DNA of 53,143 nt from Candidatus Sysuimicrobiota bacterium (GTDB lineage: Bacteria > Sysuimicrobiota > Sysuimicrobiia > Sysuimicrobiales > Sysuimicrobiaceae), in NCBI GenBank assembly GCA_040289515.1, contig PSLI01000010.1, positions 1-53,143 of the forward strand, read 5' to 3'. The translations under genes and the position numbers were made by a program. Of this stretch, positions 1-9,748 are shown one piece after another (position 1 is the first letter of the stretch; each line of letters starts with the position of its first letter). Below the pieces are notes generated by a model, which was given only the letters and a program-made list of their open reading frames with translations, did no database searches and was not told where the DNA came from.

Positions 1-74
1 TTCCCATGATCCACATGCCCAATCGTCCCAATGTTCACATGCGGCTTCCGACGCTCAAACTTCGGCTTGGCCAT
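1..74 (-). CDS. tuf: Elongation factor Tu, N-terminal fragment (runs off the window start)
   Basis: Not in the ORF track. Reverse complement of 1-74 translates [24 protein letters not shown], the EF-Tu N-terminus leading into the P-loop; GGGGAGG RBS at 81-87. Confidence 0.97.
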   Translation of the reverse strand, partial: MAKPKFERRKPHVNIGTIGHVDHG

Positions 75-186
75 GACCTGCCTCCCCAACTCCTGAATTG
101 CCACCCGGGACTGCGCCCTGCCTTCTACGGGCACGGTCCCCGGGGGGACCTGCCGCCGACGCCCCTCCGGCTCCAAGCCCCGTGGC

Positions 187-216
187 ATCTTACCAGAAGC
201 TCCCGCCCGGGGTCGA
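187..216 (-). promoter_or_regulatory. Putative sigma-70 promoter of tuf
   Basis: Minus strand TCGACC (211-216), 18 bp spacer, extended -10 TGG-TAAGAT (187-195). Confidence 0.5.
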
Positions 217-273
217 GGGGACAGCAGGGGCACCTGCAGGGTCCGCCGAACTACAACGGCTGCCGAAATCGAC

Positions 274-1218
274 ATGCCGGACCCCGGCGCACCCAGGGAT
301 CAGGCGAGAGAGGGCGAACTCCCCTTCACCGGCCCTGCCACGTTCTTCAAAGCTGCCCACCGGCCGCTCCACGAGGCCTGGGAGGCAGACGTGGGGTTCC
401 TCGGCATCCCCTACGACTTCGGGGTGGGGTTTCGTCCCGGTGCCCGCTTCGGCCCGAACGCCGTGCGAGAGGCCTCCGGCCGCTACGCCCTGGGCCCCCG
501 GGGGTACTTCGACGTGGAGAGTGGCACCTTCCGCCTGGCAGGTGCCCGGCTCGTGGACGCGGGCGATGTGGACCCAGCCCAGCTGGAGTACGAGGAGACC
601 TTCCGGCGCGTTACCGACGCGGCCCGCACGCTGCGCGGGAAGGTGAAGCTGCCCGTGTTCGTGGGCGGAGACCACTCGGTCACCTACCCGATCCTGAGGG
701 CCTACGACGACGTGCCCGGACTACACGTGCTGCAGCTGGACGCACACCTGGATTTCTCGGACAGCCGCAACAGCACTCGCTACTCCAACTCCAGTCCCTT
801 CCGGCGCGCGGTCGAGGAGCTGCCGGACCTTACCATCACCGTGATGGGGCTGAGAGGTCTGCGGACGAACCCGGAGGCGTACCAGGCCGCCCGGGCCCGG
901 GGCCACACCCTGGTGCTGGCCCGGCAGGTGCGTCAGGACCTCCCGGCGGTCCTCAAGCTGCTGCCCCGCGGCCGCGCGCTGTACGTGAGCGTGGACGTCG
1001 ACGTCCTGGACCCCTCCCTTGCCCCCGGCACCGGAAGTCCTGAAGTGGAGGGCCTTGGTTACGGTGAGGCGGCCCGGATCCTGGAGGTGGCGGTGCGGGA
1101 GAACCACCTCGTAGGCCTGGACCTTGTAGAACTGGCGCCCCCGCTGGACCCCACCGGGCTCACCCCGCTGGTGGCTGTGCGGCTGCTGGCGGAGGTGCTC
1201 ACTTATTGGTGGGGGTAG
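274..1218 (+). CDS. Arginase/agmatinase-family ureohydrolase, probably acting as formimidoylglutamase (HutG role, by context)
   Basis: [25 protein letters not shown] and LVELAP metal-binding motifs; convergent with hutI, 3' ends overlapping at 1203-1218. Confidence 0.9.
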   Translation: MPDPGAPRDQAREGELPFTGPATFFKAAHRPLHEAWEADVGFLGIPYDFGVGFRPGARFGPNAVREASGRYALGPRGYFDVESGTFRLAGARLVDAGDVDPAQLEYEETFRRVTDAARTLRGKVKLPVFVGGDHSVTYPILRAYDDVPGLHVLQLDAHLDFSDSRNSTRYSNSSPFRRAVEELPDLTITVMGLRGLRTNPEAYQAARARGHTLVLARQVRQDLPAVLKLLPRGRALYVSVDVDVLDPSLAPGTGSPEVEGLGYGEAARILEVAVRENHLVGLDLVELAPPLDPTGLTPLVAVRLLAEVLTYWWG

Positions 1219-2390
1219 ACCCTCACGCCCCCCACGTACACGCTGTGGACCCGGAGGTCCCCCCACCAGTACAAGGGCTCAAGGGCGCGGGGCGAGTTCA
1301 CCACCACGAAGTCCGCAACTGCGCCAGGCTCCAGCCGTCCTGCCTGAGGCCTCCCGAGCGCTCGGGCCGCGTTGGCGGTACCCGCCACCAGCGCTTCCTC
1401 CACCGTGAGCCGGCCCAGGCCCACCGCCAGCTGGAGGGCCAGGGGCAAAGAGCACAGGGGTGAGGAACCGGGATTGTGGTCGGTGGCCACCGCTACCGTC
1501 ACCCCCGCGTCCCACATGGCCCGAGCATCGGGGAGGGGCTTCCTTAGCACCACGGCTGCTCCCGGGAGTACGACCGCCGCTGTCCCAGACTCTGCCAGGG
1601 CCTGCCAGTCCTCGGGCGTGCTCGCCTCCAGGTGATCCGCGGACAGGCCACCCATCGTCGCCACCAGGCGGGCTGCCCCTGTCCACGTGAACTGCTCCGC
1701 GTGGGCCTTGATTTGCAGCCCGTGCCGGATTGCGGCCTCCAGGATTCGCCGAGCTTCCCCCGCGGTGAAACCACCGCGATCCGCGAACACATCCACGGCC
1801 TCCGCGAGGCACGCGGCTGCCACGTGTGGGATCATCTCCTCCGTGACCATGCGGACGTAGGCGGCCCGGTCCCACCCCAGGGGGACCGTGTGCACCAGCA
1901 GGGTGGGCACCACGCGACACGGCCCCTCTGCACGTAACCGCGCGACCACCCGCAGGAGCTTAAGCTCCTGGTCCAGGGTGAGCCCATAGCCCGACTTCAC
2001 CTCCACCGTGGTCACCCCGCCTGCCAGCAGGGACCGCAGACGTGAGCGTGCCAGGGCCAGCAGCTCCTCCTCCGACGCCGCCTCGGTGGCGCGGACCGTG
2101 GCGTGGATTCCTCCCCCGGACTCCAGAATGGACTCGTAGGACTCGCCGCGCGCCCTGCGCACGTACTCGTCCAGGCGGTCGCCCGCGTAGACCAGGTGCG
2201 TGTGGGCGTCCACCAACCCCGGCAGCACACCGCGGCCACCCAGATCCTCCCTGGGCCACGCCCGGTACTCCTCCGGAAGTTCCCATTCCGGGCCCACCCA
2301 CGATATCTCCCCGTTCCGCACTGCTAGGGCAGCGGGGGAGAGGCGTCGGAAAGGGGTGTACAGCTCCGCGATCCCGACGAACACCCTCAC
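1203..2390 (-). CDS. hutI: Imidazolonepropionase
   Basis: [46 protein letters not shown] motifs. Confidence 0.95.
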   Translation of the reverse strand: MRVFVGIAELYTPFRRLSPAALAVRNGEISWVGPEWELPEEYRAWPREDLGGRGVLPGLVDAHTHLVYAGDRLDEYVRRARGESYESILESGGGIHATVRATEAASEEELLALARSRLRSLLAGGVTTVEVKSGYGLTLDQELKLLRVVARLRAEGPCRVVPTLLVHTVPLGWDRAAYVRMVTEEMIPHVAAACLAEAVDVFADRGGFTAGEARRILEAAIRHGLQIKAHAEQFTWTGAARLVATMGGLSADHLEASTPEDWQALAESGTAAVVLPGAAVVLRKPLPDARAMWDAGVTVAVATDHNPGSSPLCSLPLALQLAVGLGRLTVEEALVAGTANAARALGRPQAGRLEPGAVADFVVVNSPRALEPLYWWGDLRVHSVYVGGVRVYPHQ

Positions 2391-4051
2391 GGCTCTCGTT
2401 CCCAGCCGCAGAGGTCAATCCCGCGCTCCCGGGCCACCCGCTTTGCCTTCTCGTAGCCGGCGTGCGCGTGGCGCATGATGCCCGTTCCGGGGTCGTTGGT
2501 GAGGACCCGCTCGATACGCGCGGCGGCCTCGTCCGTGCCGTCCGCCACCACCACCTGACCCGCGTGCAGGCTGTAGCCCATCCCCACACCACCGCCGTGG
2601 TGGAAGGCCACCCACCCGGCCCCGGAGACAGCGTTCAGCGCAAAGTTCAACAGGGGCCAGTCCGCCACCGCGTCCGACCCGTCCAGCATCCCCTCCGTCT
2701 CCCGGTACGGGGAGGCCACGCTGCCCGCGTCCAGGTGGTCGCGTCCGATGACCACCGGTGCCTCCAGCTCGCCGCGGCGAACCATCTCGTTGAAGAGCAG
2801 CCCGGCCTTGTCCCGCTCCCCGTAGCCCAGCCAGCAGATGCGGGCGGGCAGCCCTTGGAGCCGGATCTTGCTGGGTGCCAGTCGCAGCCAGCGTTGCAAG
2901 GCCTCGTCCTCCGGGAACAGCTTGCGCACCGCCTCGTCTGTCCGATAGATGTCCTGCGGGTTGCCCGAGAGCGCGACCCAACGGAACGGACCGCGCCCCT
3001 CACAGAACAAGTCCCGGATGAAGGCCTCGACGAAACCAGGGTAACGGAAGGCATCCGCGAAACCGCCCTCCCGGGCGTAGGACCGCAGGTTGTTGCCGTA
3101 GTCGAACACCACCGCGCCCTGCCGCTGCATTTCCACCATGGCCCGGCAGTGTTCCGCCATGGCCAGCAGCACCCGCATCCGGTAGCCCTTGGGGTCTTGC
3201 CGGCGCAGGGCTTCGGGCGACTCGTCCGGCTCCAGGGGTGGTACGTAGCCGTACATGGGGTCGTGTGCGCTGGTCTGGTCGGTGACGAGGTCAGGCCGAA
3301 ACCCCAGCCGCACCATCTCCGGAAGGACGCGGGCGGCATTCCCCAGAAGCCCGATGGACAAGGGTCGGCCCTGTCGCTTGGCTTCCTCGGCCCACCGCAG
3401 GGCTTCTGACAGATCCGAAGTCCACGTGTCCAGGTATCCTGTGTCCAGCCTCCGCTGGATCCGCTGCGGGTCCACCTCCACGATGATGGCCACGCCCTCG
3501 TTCAGGGTCACCGCTAGGGGTTGGGCTCCTCCCATACCGCCCAGGCCCGCGCTCACGGTGATGGTCCCCCTTAGCGTGCCGCCGAAGTGGCGGCGGGCCA
3601 CCGCTGCAAAGGTCTCGTACGTGCCCTGCAGGATCCCCTGCGTGCCGATGTAGATCCACGACCCGGCGGTCATCTGTCCGTACATGAGGAGGCCCTTGCG
3701 CTCCAGCTCGTCGAACACCTCCCACGTGGCCCACCGCGGCACCAGGTTAGAGTTGGCCAAGATCACCCGGGGAGCCAGGGGGAAGGTTTTGAACACGCCC
3801 ACGGCTCGCCCGGACTGGACCAGCAGGGTCTCGTCGTTCTCCAACCGGTCCAGCACCTCCAGGATCCGGTACACATCCGGCCAGCTGCGGGCGGCTTTGC
3901 CCCGACCGCCGTACACGATGAGCTCCTCAGGATGCTCGGCCACCTCCGGATCCAGGTTGTTGAGCAGCATGCGCTTGGCAGCTTCCTGAATCCATCCCTT
4001 CGCGGTGCGGGTGGAGCCCCGCGGGGCCCGGAGGGGCGTCGCGGGACGCAT
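2387..4051 (-). CDS. hutU: Urocanate hydratase
   Basis: [56 protein letters not shown]; start moved to ATG 4051 behind a GGAGGAGGTG RBS. Confidence 0.98.
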   Translation of the reverse strand: MRPATPLRAPRGSTRTAKGWIQEAAKRMLLNNLDPEVAEHPEELIVYGGRGKAARSWPDVYRILEVLDRLENDETLLVQSGRAVGVFKTFPLAPRVILANSNLVPRWATWEVFDELERKGLLMYGQMTAGSWIYIGTQGILQGTYETFAAVARRHFGGTLRGTITVSAGLGGMGGAQPLAVTLNEGVAIIVEVDPQRIQRRLDTGYLDTWTSDLSEALRWAEEAKRQGRPLSIGLLGNAARVLPEMVRLGFRPDLVTDQTSAHDPMYGYVPPLEPDESPEALRRQDPKGYRMRVLLAMAEHCRAMVEMQRQGAVVFDYGNNLRSYAREGGFADAFRYPGFVEAFIRDLFCEGRGPFRWVALSGNPQDIYRTDEAVRKLFPEDEALQRWLRLAPSKIRLQGLPARICWLGYGERDKAGLLFNEMVRRGELEAPVVIGRDHLDAGSVASPYRETEGMLDGSDAVADWPLLNFALNAVSGAGWVAFHHGGGVGMGYSLHAGQVVVADGTDEAAARIERVLTNDPGTGIMRHAHAGYEKAKRVARERGIDLCGWEREP

Positions 4052-4078
4052 GGCAACCACCTCCTCCTTTTCGCATTT

Positions 4079-4789
4079 CTACAGCGTCCCCGTCCGCAGG
4101 CCGTAACTCTCAACGAACCGGGTATCAGCGGCCACCTGATCGGCAGGACCCTCCAGCACGATGCGACCTGCCTCCATTACGTAGGCACGCTCCGCGTACT
4201 GGAGGGCCAGTCGAGTGTTCTGCTCCACCATGAGGATGGAGATGCCCTGCGCGTGCACACGGGCCAGGGCTTCGAACAGCTGACGCACCGCCCTGGGCAT
4301 CAGCCCCAAGGACGCCTCGTCGATGAGCAGCAGCCGCGGCTTGCCCATCAGGGCGCGCCCCAACGAGAGCATCTGCTGCTCACCTCCCGAAAGGGTCCCC
4401 GCCGGCTGGTGGGCCCGTTCCTCCAGCCGCGGGAACAGGGCGTAGACCTGCTGCAGCGCCTCCTGCCGTTCTGCCTCCGCCAGGCGGCGTCCCGCCAGCA
4501 GGAGGTTTTCCAACACGGTCAGCCGGGGGAACACGCGGCGGCCCTCCGGCGCGTACCCCAGCCCCCGCGCCACCCGCTCCCAGGGAGGGAGGCCAGAAAG
4601 ATCCTCGCCGAACAGCCGAACGCTGCCCCGGTACGGTAGCAAACCCAGGACCGCCTTGAGCAAGGTGGTTTTGCCCGCGCCGTTGGGTCCCACCAAGGCC
4701 ACCCACTCTCCCGGGGACACCCGCAGGGTTGCCCCGTCCACCGCGAGGGCCTTGCCGTAGTACACGGTCACCGAGCTGACCTCAAGCAT
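4079..4789 (-). CDS. Branched-chain-amino-acid-type ABC transporter ATPase (LivF-like)
   Basis: GPNGAGKTT, PEGRRVFP, LSGGEQQML, ILMVEQN; start set at ATG 4789 (MLEVSSV). Confidence 0.93.
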   Translation of the reverse strand: MLEVSSVTVYYGKALAVDGATLRVSPGEWVALVGPNGAGKTTLLKAVLGLLPYRGSVRLFGEDLSGLPPWERVARGLGYAPEGRRVFPRLTVLENLLLAGRRLAEAERQEALQQVYALFPRLEERAHQPAGTLSGGEQQMLSLGRALMGKPRLLLIDEASLGLMPRAVRQLFEALARVHAQGISILMVEQNTRLALQYAERAYVMEAGRIVLEGPADQVAADTRFVESYGLRTGTL

Positions 4790-5528
4790 CCCCGCCCTCC
4801 CCAAGGTAGGCCTCCACAACCCGCGGGTTCCGGCGCACCTCCTCCGGTCGGCCCTCCGCGATGATGCGTCCCGCGTCCATGGCCACCGCACGGTCGCACA
4901 CGGGCAAAGCCATGCGCACGTTGTGCTCCACCAACACCATGGTGATCTGTCCGCGCAGCCCCAGCAGAACCTCCAACAGCTGCTCAGATTCCCTCAGGTT
5001 CAACCCACCGAGGGGTTCGTCCAGAAGCAGCAACTTAGGCCGCAGGGCCAGGCTGCGCGCCACCTCCAGTCGCTTCAGCAGGCCCAGGGGAAGGTTTCTC
5101 GCCAGCTCGGAGGCGCGGTCCGCAAGACCCACCTTCTCCAGCACCTCCATCGCCCTCTGCCGGCGACCGGGCGGGTCGTACCGCCCCAGGGGCAGCCACC
5201 GGGTCAGGGCCGGGTGCGCCAGGGCCACCAGCACGTTCTCCAGAACCGTAAGCTCCCCGAACACCTGTACAACCTGGAAGGTGCGCCCGATGCCCTTGCG
5301 GGCCCGCAGGTGGGGCGGCAGGTGCGTGATAGTCTGGCCATTGAAGACCACCTCGCCACGGTCGGGCTTCAGGCTGCCCGCGATGAGGTTGAACAGGGTG
5401 GTCTTGCCCGCGCCGTTGGGCCCGAACAGCCCCAGCAGCTCCCCGGCTTGGACGTGCAGGTGGACTCCCGCCACGGCCACCAGCCCGCCGAACCGCTTGG
5501 TGAGGTCGCGGACCTCCAGGATCGTCAC
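4782..5528 (-). CDS. ABC transporter ATPase (LivG-like)
   Basis: KRFGGLVAV, GPNGAGKTTLFNLI, GRTFQ, LLLLDEP, VVEAYLG. Confidence 0.93.
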   Translation of the reverse strand: MTILEVRDLTKRFGGLVAVAGVHLHVQAGELLGLFGPNGAGKTTLFNLIAGSLKPDRGEVVFNGQTITHLPPHLRARKGIGRTFQVVQVFGELTVLENVLVALAHPALTRWLPLGRYDPPGRRQRAMEVLEKVGLADRASELARNLPLGLLKRLEVARSLALRPKLLLLDEPLGGLNLRESEQLLEVLLGLRGQITMVLVEHNVRMALPVCDRAVAMDAGRIIAEGRPEEVRRNPRVVEAYLGEGGDA

Positions 5529-6340
5529 GTGGGCCTCCTACCCAGCAGGCCCTGCGGCCGGTAGCGCATGACCACTGCGAGCAACAGCCCGTACAGGACC
5601 AGCTGGTAGTTGTGGACGAACGCGAAGGCCTGCGCGAACCCACCCAGCAGGAAGGCGCCCGCCAGGGGTCCCCACATGGTCCCCATCCCTCCCACCGCCA
5701 CCATGGCCAGCAGGGTCACCGACAGAGGGAAGCCAAAGTCCTCGGGGCGGATCACCCCAATGTAGGCCGCGTACAGGCCGCCCGCCACCCCCGCGAGGCC
5801 CGTGCCCAGCACGAAGGCCGTGACCTTGAACCGCCGTACGTCCACCCCCAAGGCTTCGGCCGCCGCCTCCGACTCCCGGAGGCTCATCCACGCCAGGCCC
5901 AGATCCGACCGGCGGAGGCGCTCGTGGCACCAAGCGACTCCCAGAGTGGTCGCAAGCACCAGCACGGAAAAGGCCACGCTCCCCATGGGCTTGGGGATCC
6001 CGCTGATCCCGTACGCGCCGCCGAAGTACGGGAGGTACAGCAGGGCCGCCACCACCACGAAGTTGAACGCGATGCTGGCGATGGCGAGGAAGTCCTCCCG
6101 CAGGCGCAGGCTGATGCTCCCCAACAGCAGACCCCAGCCTGCGGCCACCACCGCCGCCAGTAGCCACGCCGTCAGGAAGGGGAAGCCGCGGGTGGTGAGC
6201 ACGCCCACCGTGTACGCCCCAAGTCCGAAGAAGGCCGCGTGGCCCAGCGATACCTGTCCGGCCAGCCCCGTCACCAGGTTCAAGGACAAGGTGAGGATGG
6301 CGTAGATGCACAGCTGTGTGAGGACCGTGACCGCGTACAC
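5525..6340 (-). CDS. ABC transporter permease (LivM-like)
   Basis: SLNLVTGLAGQVSLGHAAFFGLGAY, LRLREDFLAI, GGMGT; multiple TM segments. Confidence 0.93.
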   Translation of the reverse strand: MYAVTVLTQLCIYAILTLSLNLVTGLAGQVSLGHAAFFGLGAYTVGVLTTRGFPFLTAWLLAAVVAAGWGLLLGSISLRLREDFLAIASIAFNFVVVAALLYLPYFGGAYGISGIPKPMGSVAFSVLVLATTLGVAWCHERLRRSDLGLAWMSLRESEAAAEALGVDVRRFKVTAFVLGTGLAGVAGGLYAAYIGVIRPEDFGFPLSVTLLAMVAVGGMGTMWGPLAGAFLLGGFAQAFAFVHNYQLVLYGLLLAVVMRYRPQGLLGRRPT

Positions 6341-6343
6341 CTT

Positions 6344-7210
6344 TCACCCCTGGGGCTCGGTGGCCAGCAGCCCCTGCGGTCGGAACAAGAGGACCAAAAT
6401 CATGGCCACAAACGCCACGCCCTCCGGCGGAAACCGCGTGCCCAGGAATGCCACCGCCACGGCCTCCACCACGCCCAGCAGCAGGCCGGCCACCACCGTA
6501 CCCCAGGAACTGCCCAACCCGCCCAGCACCACGACGGCGAGAGCCTTGTAGGCGGGGACAGCCCCCATGGTGGGGTAGATCTGGTTGTAATACACGCCCA
6601 CGAAGACGCCCGCCGCTCCCGCCAGCGCCGAGGCGAGGGCGAAGGCCGCCTGGGTGTACCGCGGCAGGGGAATGCCCACCGCGGCCGCCATCTCCGCGTC
6701 CTGGGCGATGGCCTTCCATCCGACCCCGAGGGGGGTGCGGGTGACAACCCCGTACACGAGCAGGAACAGGAACGCGGTGGCCCCAACCACCGCGAGCTGG
6801 GGCAAGGTGATGGGTCCGGCTACCCGCTCCGGCGGGAGAACAGGGAAGCCCTGCTGGTAGGGGCCGAACAGGATGCGCAACAGGTCCCCCATCGCCAGGA
6901 ACAGCCCGATGGACCCGATCAGGGGTACCAGGGGCGGCCTCCCCTGGAGGGGGCGGTAGAACCAACGCTCCAGAAAGAGCCCCACGCCAACGGCGCAGGC
7001 GGCGCCGGCCAGCAGGGCCAAGGCCAGCCCGCCGCCCGCGCTGAAGGCCAGCCAACCCGCGTAGGCTCCCATGGCGTACACCCCCGCGTGCGCCACGTGC
7101 AGAACCCGCAGCAAGCCGTACACGAGGGTGAGGCCGAAAGCGGTCAGGGCATAGATGGACCCCACCGCCAGGCCGTCTACCACGAGCGCGCTCAGGGTCG
7201 TCCAGTCCAA
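6344..7210 (-). CDS. ABC transporter permease (LivH-like)
   Basis: GSIYALTAFGLTLVYG, VVVLGGLGS, LLFRPQGLL; TTG start. Confidence 0.92.
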   Translation of the reverse strand: MDWTTLSALVVDGLAVGSIYALTAFGLTLVYGLLRVLHVAHAGVYAMGAYAGWLAFSAGGGLALALLAGAACAVGVGLFLERWFYRPLQGRPPLVPLIGSIGLFLAMGDLLRILFGPYQQGFPVLPPERVAGPITLPQLAVVGATAFLFLLVYGVVTRTPLGVGWKAIAQDAEMAAAVGIPLPRYTQAAFALASALAGAAGVFVGVYYNQIYPTMGAVPAYKALAVVVLGGLGSSWGTVVAGLLLGVVEAVAVAFLGTRFPPEGVAFVAMILVLLFRPQGLLATEPQG

Positions 7211-7226
7211 CAGACCCGCATCCCGG

Positions 7227-8378
7227 TCAGGGCCTCAGGAGTTCCAGGGCCGTGTAGTTGCGGAACCTGCGAAACTCACCCTTGCGCACCACCTGCACGG
7301 TGGCCGTCTTCACAGGGTCTCCGTCCTCCGTGAAGCGGTACACGTGACCGACCGCGGTGTCCAGGTTGGCCATGGATTTCAGAGTCCACCCCACAGCGGG
7401 CGGATCTAGCCGCCCCACCTTCTGGACGGCCATGGCCAGCACCTTCAGGGCCGAGTAGCCCGAGGCCGCTACCATGTCCGCGGGGATCCCCGCTTTGGTC
7501 CGGTACTTCTTCAGGAAGCCCTGAACCTCGGGGTTGCGGCTGTCACGGTCGAGGGTCGTGGTAATAAGAACCCCCTCCGCCGCCGGGCCAGCTAGCTCGA
7601 TGAACTTGGGAGAATCGTACCCCTCCTGCCCGATGATGGGGATGCGCATCCCCAACGCCCGGGCCTGGCGGACCAGGTTGGCGGCCTCCGCGTAGTAGCC
7701 GCTGGCGTACAGCGCCTCCGCCCCCGAGGCCGGGATGCGGGCCAGGACGGGGGTGAAGTTCTGGTTTCCCGGGGGATACAGGTCCGCGAACACGACCTCC
7801 AGCCCAATCTTCCCCGCGCGCTCCCGGAAGCCTGCCTCCAGGGACCGGCCGAAGTCGTTCTGGATCGTCAGGACGGCCACGCGCTTGAGTTGCAGATCAT
7901 GCACGAGCTGCGCCCCCACGCGGCCCTGCACCGGCCCCAGCAAACCCATGCGGAAGGCGAAGGGCTTGCCGCGGGTGATGTCCGGGTGCACCGCGTAGGC
8001 GGCGATGAAGGGCACGCCCGCCTCGTTGATCACGGGAGCTGTCGCCAGGCTGGCACCGCTGTACGATCCTCCGATCACCAGGGAGACCTTGTCCAGCTCC
8101 ACCAGCCGGCGGGCAAAGCTCACCGCCTGCTTGGGATCTGCCTGGTCGTCGTACACCACCAGCTCCACACGTCGGCCCAGCAGACCTCCCTTGGCGTTGA
8201 TCTCCTCCGTGGCGATCTCGATGCCGGTGAGAACGCTCTTGCCGTCCGCGGCGGCGAACCCGGAAAGCGGTGCCAGCACGCCCACCTTCACGGGCACCGC
8301 CTGCGGGAGTGCCGGGGCCAGCCAGCCGGCGCTCAGGGTCAGGACAACCACCACGCACCACGCTAGAGCGCGCTTCAT
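7227..8378 (-). CDS. ABC transporter substrate-binding protein (LivJ/K family)
   Basis: Signal peptide, KVGVLAPLSG, EINAKGGLLGR, YDDQADP; GGGAGGGG RBS. Confidence 0.92.
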   Translation of the reverse strand: MKRALAWCVVVVLTLSAGWLAPALPQAVPVKVGVLAPLSGFAAADGKSVLTGIEIATEEINAKGGLLGRRVELVVYDDQADPKQAVSFARRLVELDKVSLVIGGSYSGASLATAPVINEAGVPFIAAYAVHPDITRGKPFAFRMGLLGPVQGRVGAQLVHDLQLKRVAVLTIQNDFGRSLEAGFRERAGKIGLEVVFADLYPPGNQNFTPVLARIPASGAEALYASGYYAEAANLVRQARALGMRIPIIGQEGYDSPKFIELAGPAAEGVLITTTLDRDSRNPEVQGFLKKYRTKAGIPADMVAASGYSALKVLAMAVQKVGRLDPPAVGWTLKSMANLDTAVGHVYRFTEDGDPVKTATVQVVRKGEFRRFRNYTALELLRP

Positions 8379-8399
8379 ACTCTCCCCTCCCGTGGTTTT

Positions 8400-9170
8400 T
8401 TACTGGACACCTCGGAGCCGTCGCTCAATCTCTCGGGCCGCCTCAAGCGTGTGCTGGACCAGCAGCGGCACCCGTTCGGGCCCTGTTCGGAAAGCGGGTG
8501 CTACCAAGCTCACAGCTCCCTCCAGGACGCCTGCCTCGCCGAAGACGGGAACCCCCACGGCCCACGCATCGGGATCCACTTCGCCCTGGGTCACCACGTA
8601 CCCGGCCTCGCGGATGCGGCGCAGGGCGTCCGGTAGCCCCGTACTGAGGTGCGGCGCGTGCAGTCTGGCTTCCGCCACCACCTCCCCAACCGTGCGGTCG
8701 TCCAGAAATGCCAGCAGGGCCTTCGCGGAGGCCCCCGCGTACAGGGGCCGGTCCACGCCGGGCCGGAAGGAGTAGTGGATGGGAAGCGGGCTTTCGACGG
8801 TCTCCACACACATGGCCCGGCGGCCCAGCACGACGGTGAGCAGCACCGTCTCCTGGGTCCGCTGGCACAGGCGCTCCATGGAGGGCCGGGCTGCTGCCAC
8901 GAGGTCGAGGTTGCGGCGAAACGCAGCCCACAGGCTCACGGCCCTCGGCCCCACCGCGTAGCGGCCATCCCGGCCCACGCGCCGCACCAGCCCGCACTCC
9001 AACAGGGGCCCCAGGTACCGGTACAGGGTACTGATGGGAAGCCCCAGGCGCTGCTCCAGCTCCTTCGCCGTTAGGCAGCCGCTCTCTGCGGCCAAAAGGA
9101 GTAGCAGCCGCAACCCCCTCTCGAAAGTAGCAGCCGAGCTGCGAGCCCGTTGGCCCAGCCCCCTGCTCAT
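8400..9170 (-). CDS. IclR-family transcriptional regulator
   Basis: N-terminal HTH (LGLPISTLYRYL), ETVLLTV, PLYAGASAKALLAF, IREAGYVV; start set at ATG 9170. Confidence 0.92.
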   Translation of the reverse strand: MSRGLGQRARSSAATFERGLRLLLLLAAESGCLTAKELEQRLGLPISTLYRYLGPLLECGLVRRVGRDGRYAVGPRAVSLWAAFRRNLDLVAAARPSMERLCQRTQETVLLTVVLGRRAMCVETVESPLPIHYSFRPGVDRPLYAGASAKALLAFLDDRTVGEVVAEARLHAPHLSTGLPDALRRIREAGYVVTQGEVDPDAWAVGVPVFGEAGVLEGAVSLVAPAFRTGPERVPLLVQHTLEAAREIERRLRGVQ

Positions 9171-9177
9171 GCCGCAA

Positions 9178-9210
9178 TGCAAGAATAGATTCTTACAAAA
9201 TGAGAGTCAA
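9178..9210 (-). promoter_or_regulatory. Sigma-70 promoter of the IclR-liv-hut operon with an overlapping palindromic operator
   Basis: TTGACT (9205-9210), 17 bp, TATTCT (9182-9187); palindrome AAGAAT-AG-ATTCTT (9181-9194) covers the -10; an AT-rich patch in GC-rich DNA. Confidence 0.75.
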
Positions 9211-9309
9211 GGGCCGGGGAGCGGTACCGCCGCTCGCCTGCGATGGGGCTTACGGATTCTAGAGAAAGCAGGCGGCAAGACGGCGAATGAGCTAGGACCG
9301 GCACGACGG

Positions 9310-9385
<76 letters not shown>

Positions 9386-9426
9386 CCGCTCTCCGGCAGC
9401 TGCCCGGCCCCCACCGGGCCCGCCTG

Positions 9427-9455
9427 ATTATAGCAACGCCTCCGGGTCGCTCCAA
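9427..9455 (-). promoter_or_regulatory. Sigma-70 promoter of tRNA-Thr
   Basis: TTGGAG (9450-9455), 17 bp, TATAAT (9427-9432) with TGn extension. Confidence 0.7.
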
Positions 9456-9466
9456 GCCGAGGGAGG

Positions 9467-9475
9467 TGGTACACT
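9467..9475 (+). promoter_or_regulatory. Extended -10 promoter upstream of the small ORF
   Basis: TGG-TACACT, back-to-back with the tRNA-Thr promoter. Confidence 0.55.
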
Positions 9476-9498
9476 GGAACAGACGACCGGAGGCGCAG

Positions 9499-9567
9499 AT
9501 GGGAGACGTGCTGGTCTGGCTTCTGATCGCGTTGCTGTTGTACCTGGTGTTCTTCGCCAGCGGCTAG
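9499..9567 (+). CDS. Putative 22-aa single-pass membrane peptide MGDVLVWLLIALLLYLVFFASG
   Basis: Below the ORF-track cutoff; GGAGG RBS (9489-9493) 5 nt before ATG, own extended -10, uninterrupted hydrophobic helix, mostly G/C-ending codons. Confidence 0.65.
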   Translation: MGDVLVWLLIALLLYLVFFASG

Positions 9568-9600
9568 GCGCCGGCCGGGTCCAAGGTCGCCCCACCGCTG

Positions 9601-9691
9601 TGGTGGGCGGGGTGGGGATCGAACCCACAAGGGCCGCTTCCGGCCCAGCGGATTTTAAGTCCGCCGCGTTTGCCGGTTTCGCCACCCGCCC
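9601..9691 (-). tRNA. tRNA-Leu (TAA)
   Basis: GGGCGGG acceptor stem, GCGGA-CTTAAAA-TCCGC anticodon arm, long variable arm, GGTTCGATCCC, CCA. Confidence 0.97.
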
Positions 9692-9697
9692 GTGCCC

Positions 9698-9736
9698 ACA
9701 CTACCGTTGCCGCCGACCCCCGGGCAACCCTATAAT
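9698..9736. promoter_or_regulatory. Overlapping divergent promoters for tRNA-Leu (-) and tRNA-Gly (+)
   Basis: Plus: TTGCCG (9707-9712), 18 bp, TATAAT (9731-9736). Minus: TTGCCC (9722-9727), 18 bp, TAGTGT (9698-9703). Confidence 0.65.
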
Positions 9737-9748
9737 GAACGCCAGCGG

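Noticed and set aside
75..273. Possible att-site duplication of the tRNA-Thr 3' end at the tuf side of the hut islet
   Set aside because: No copy of GTGGGCTCCA or similar was found; TTACCA at 190-195 is better explained as part of the tuf extended -10.
9394..9407. 14-mer CGGCAGCTGCCCGG shared with 22969-22982
   Set aside because: GC-rich and self-palindromic with no shared context; plausible by chance.
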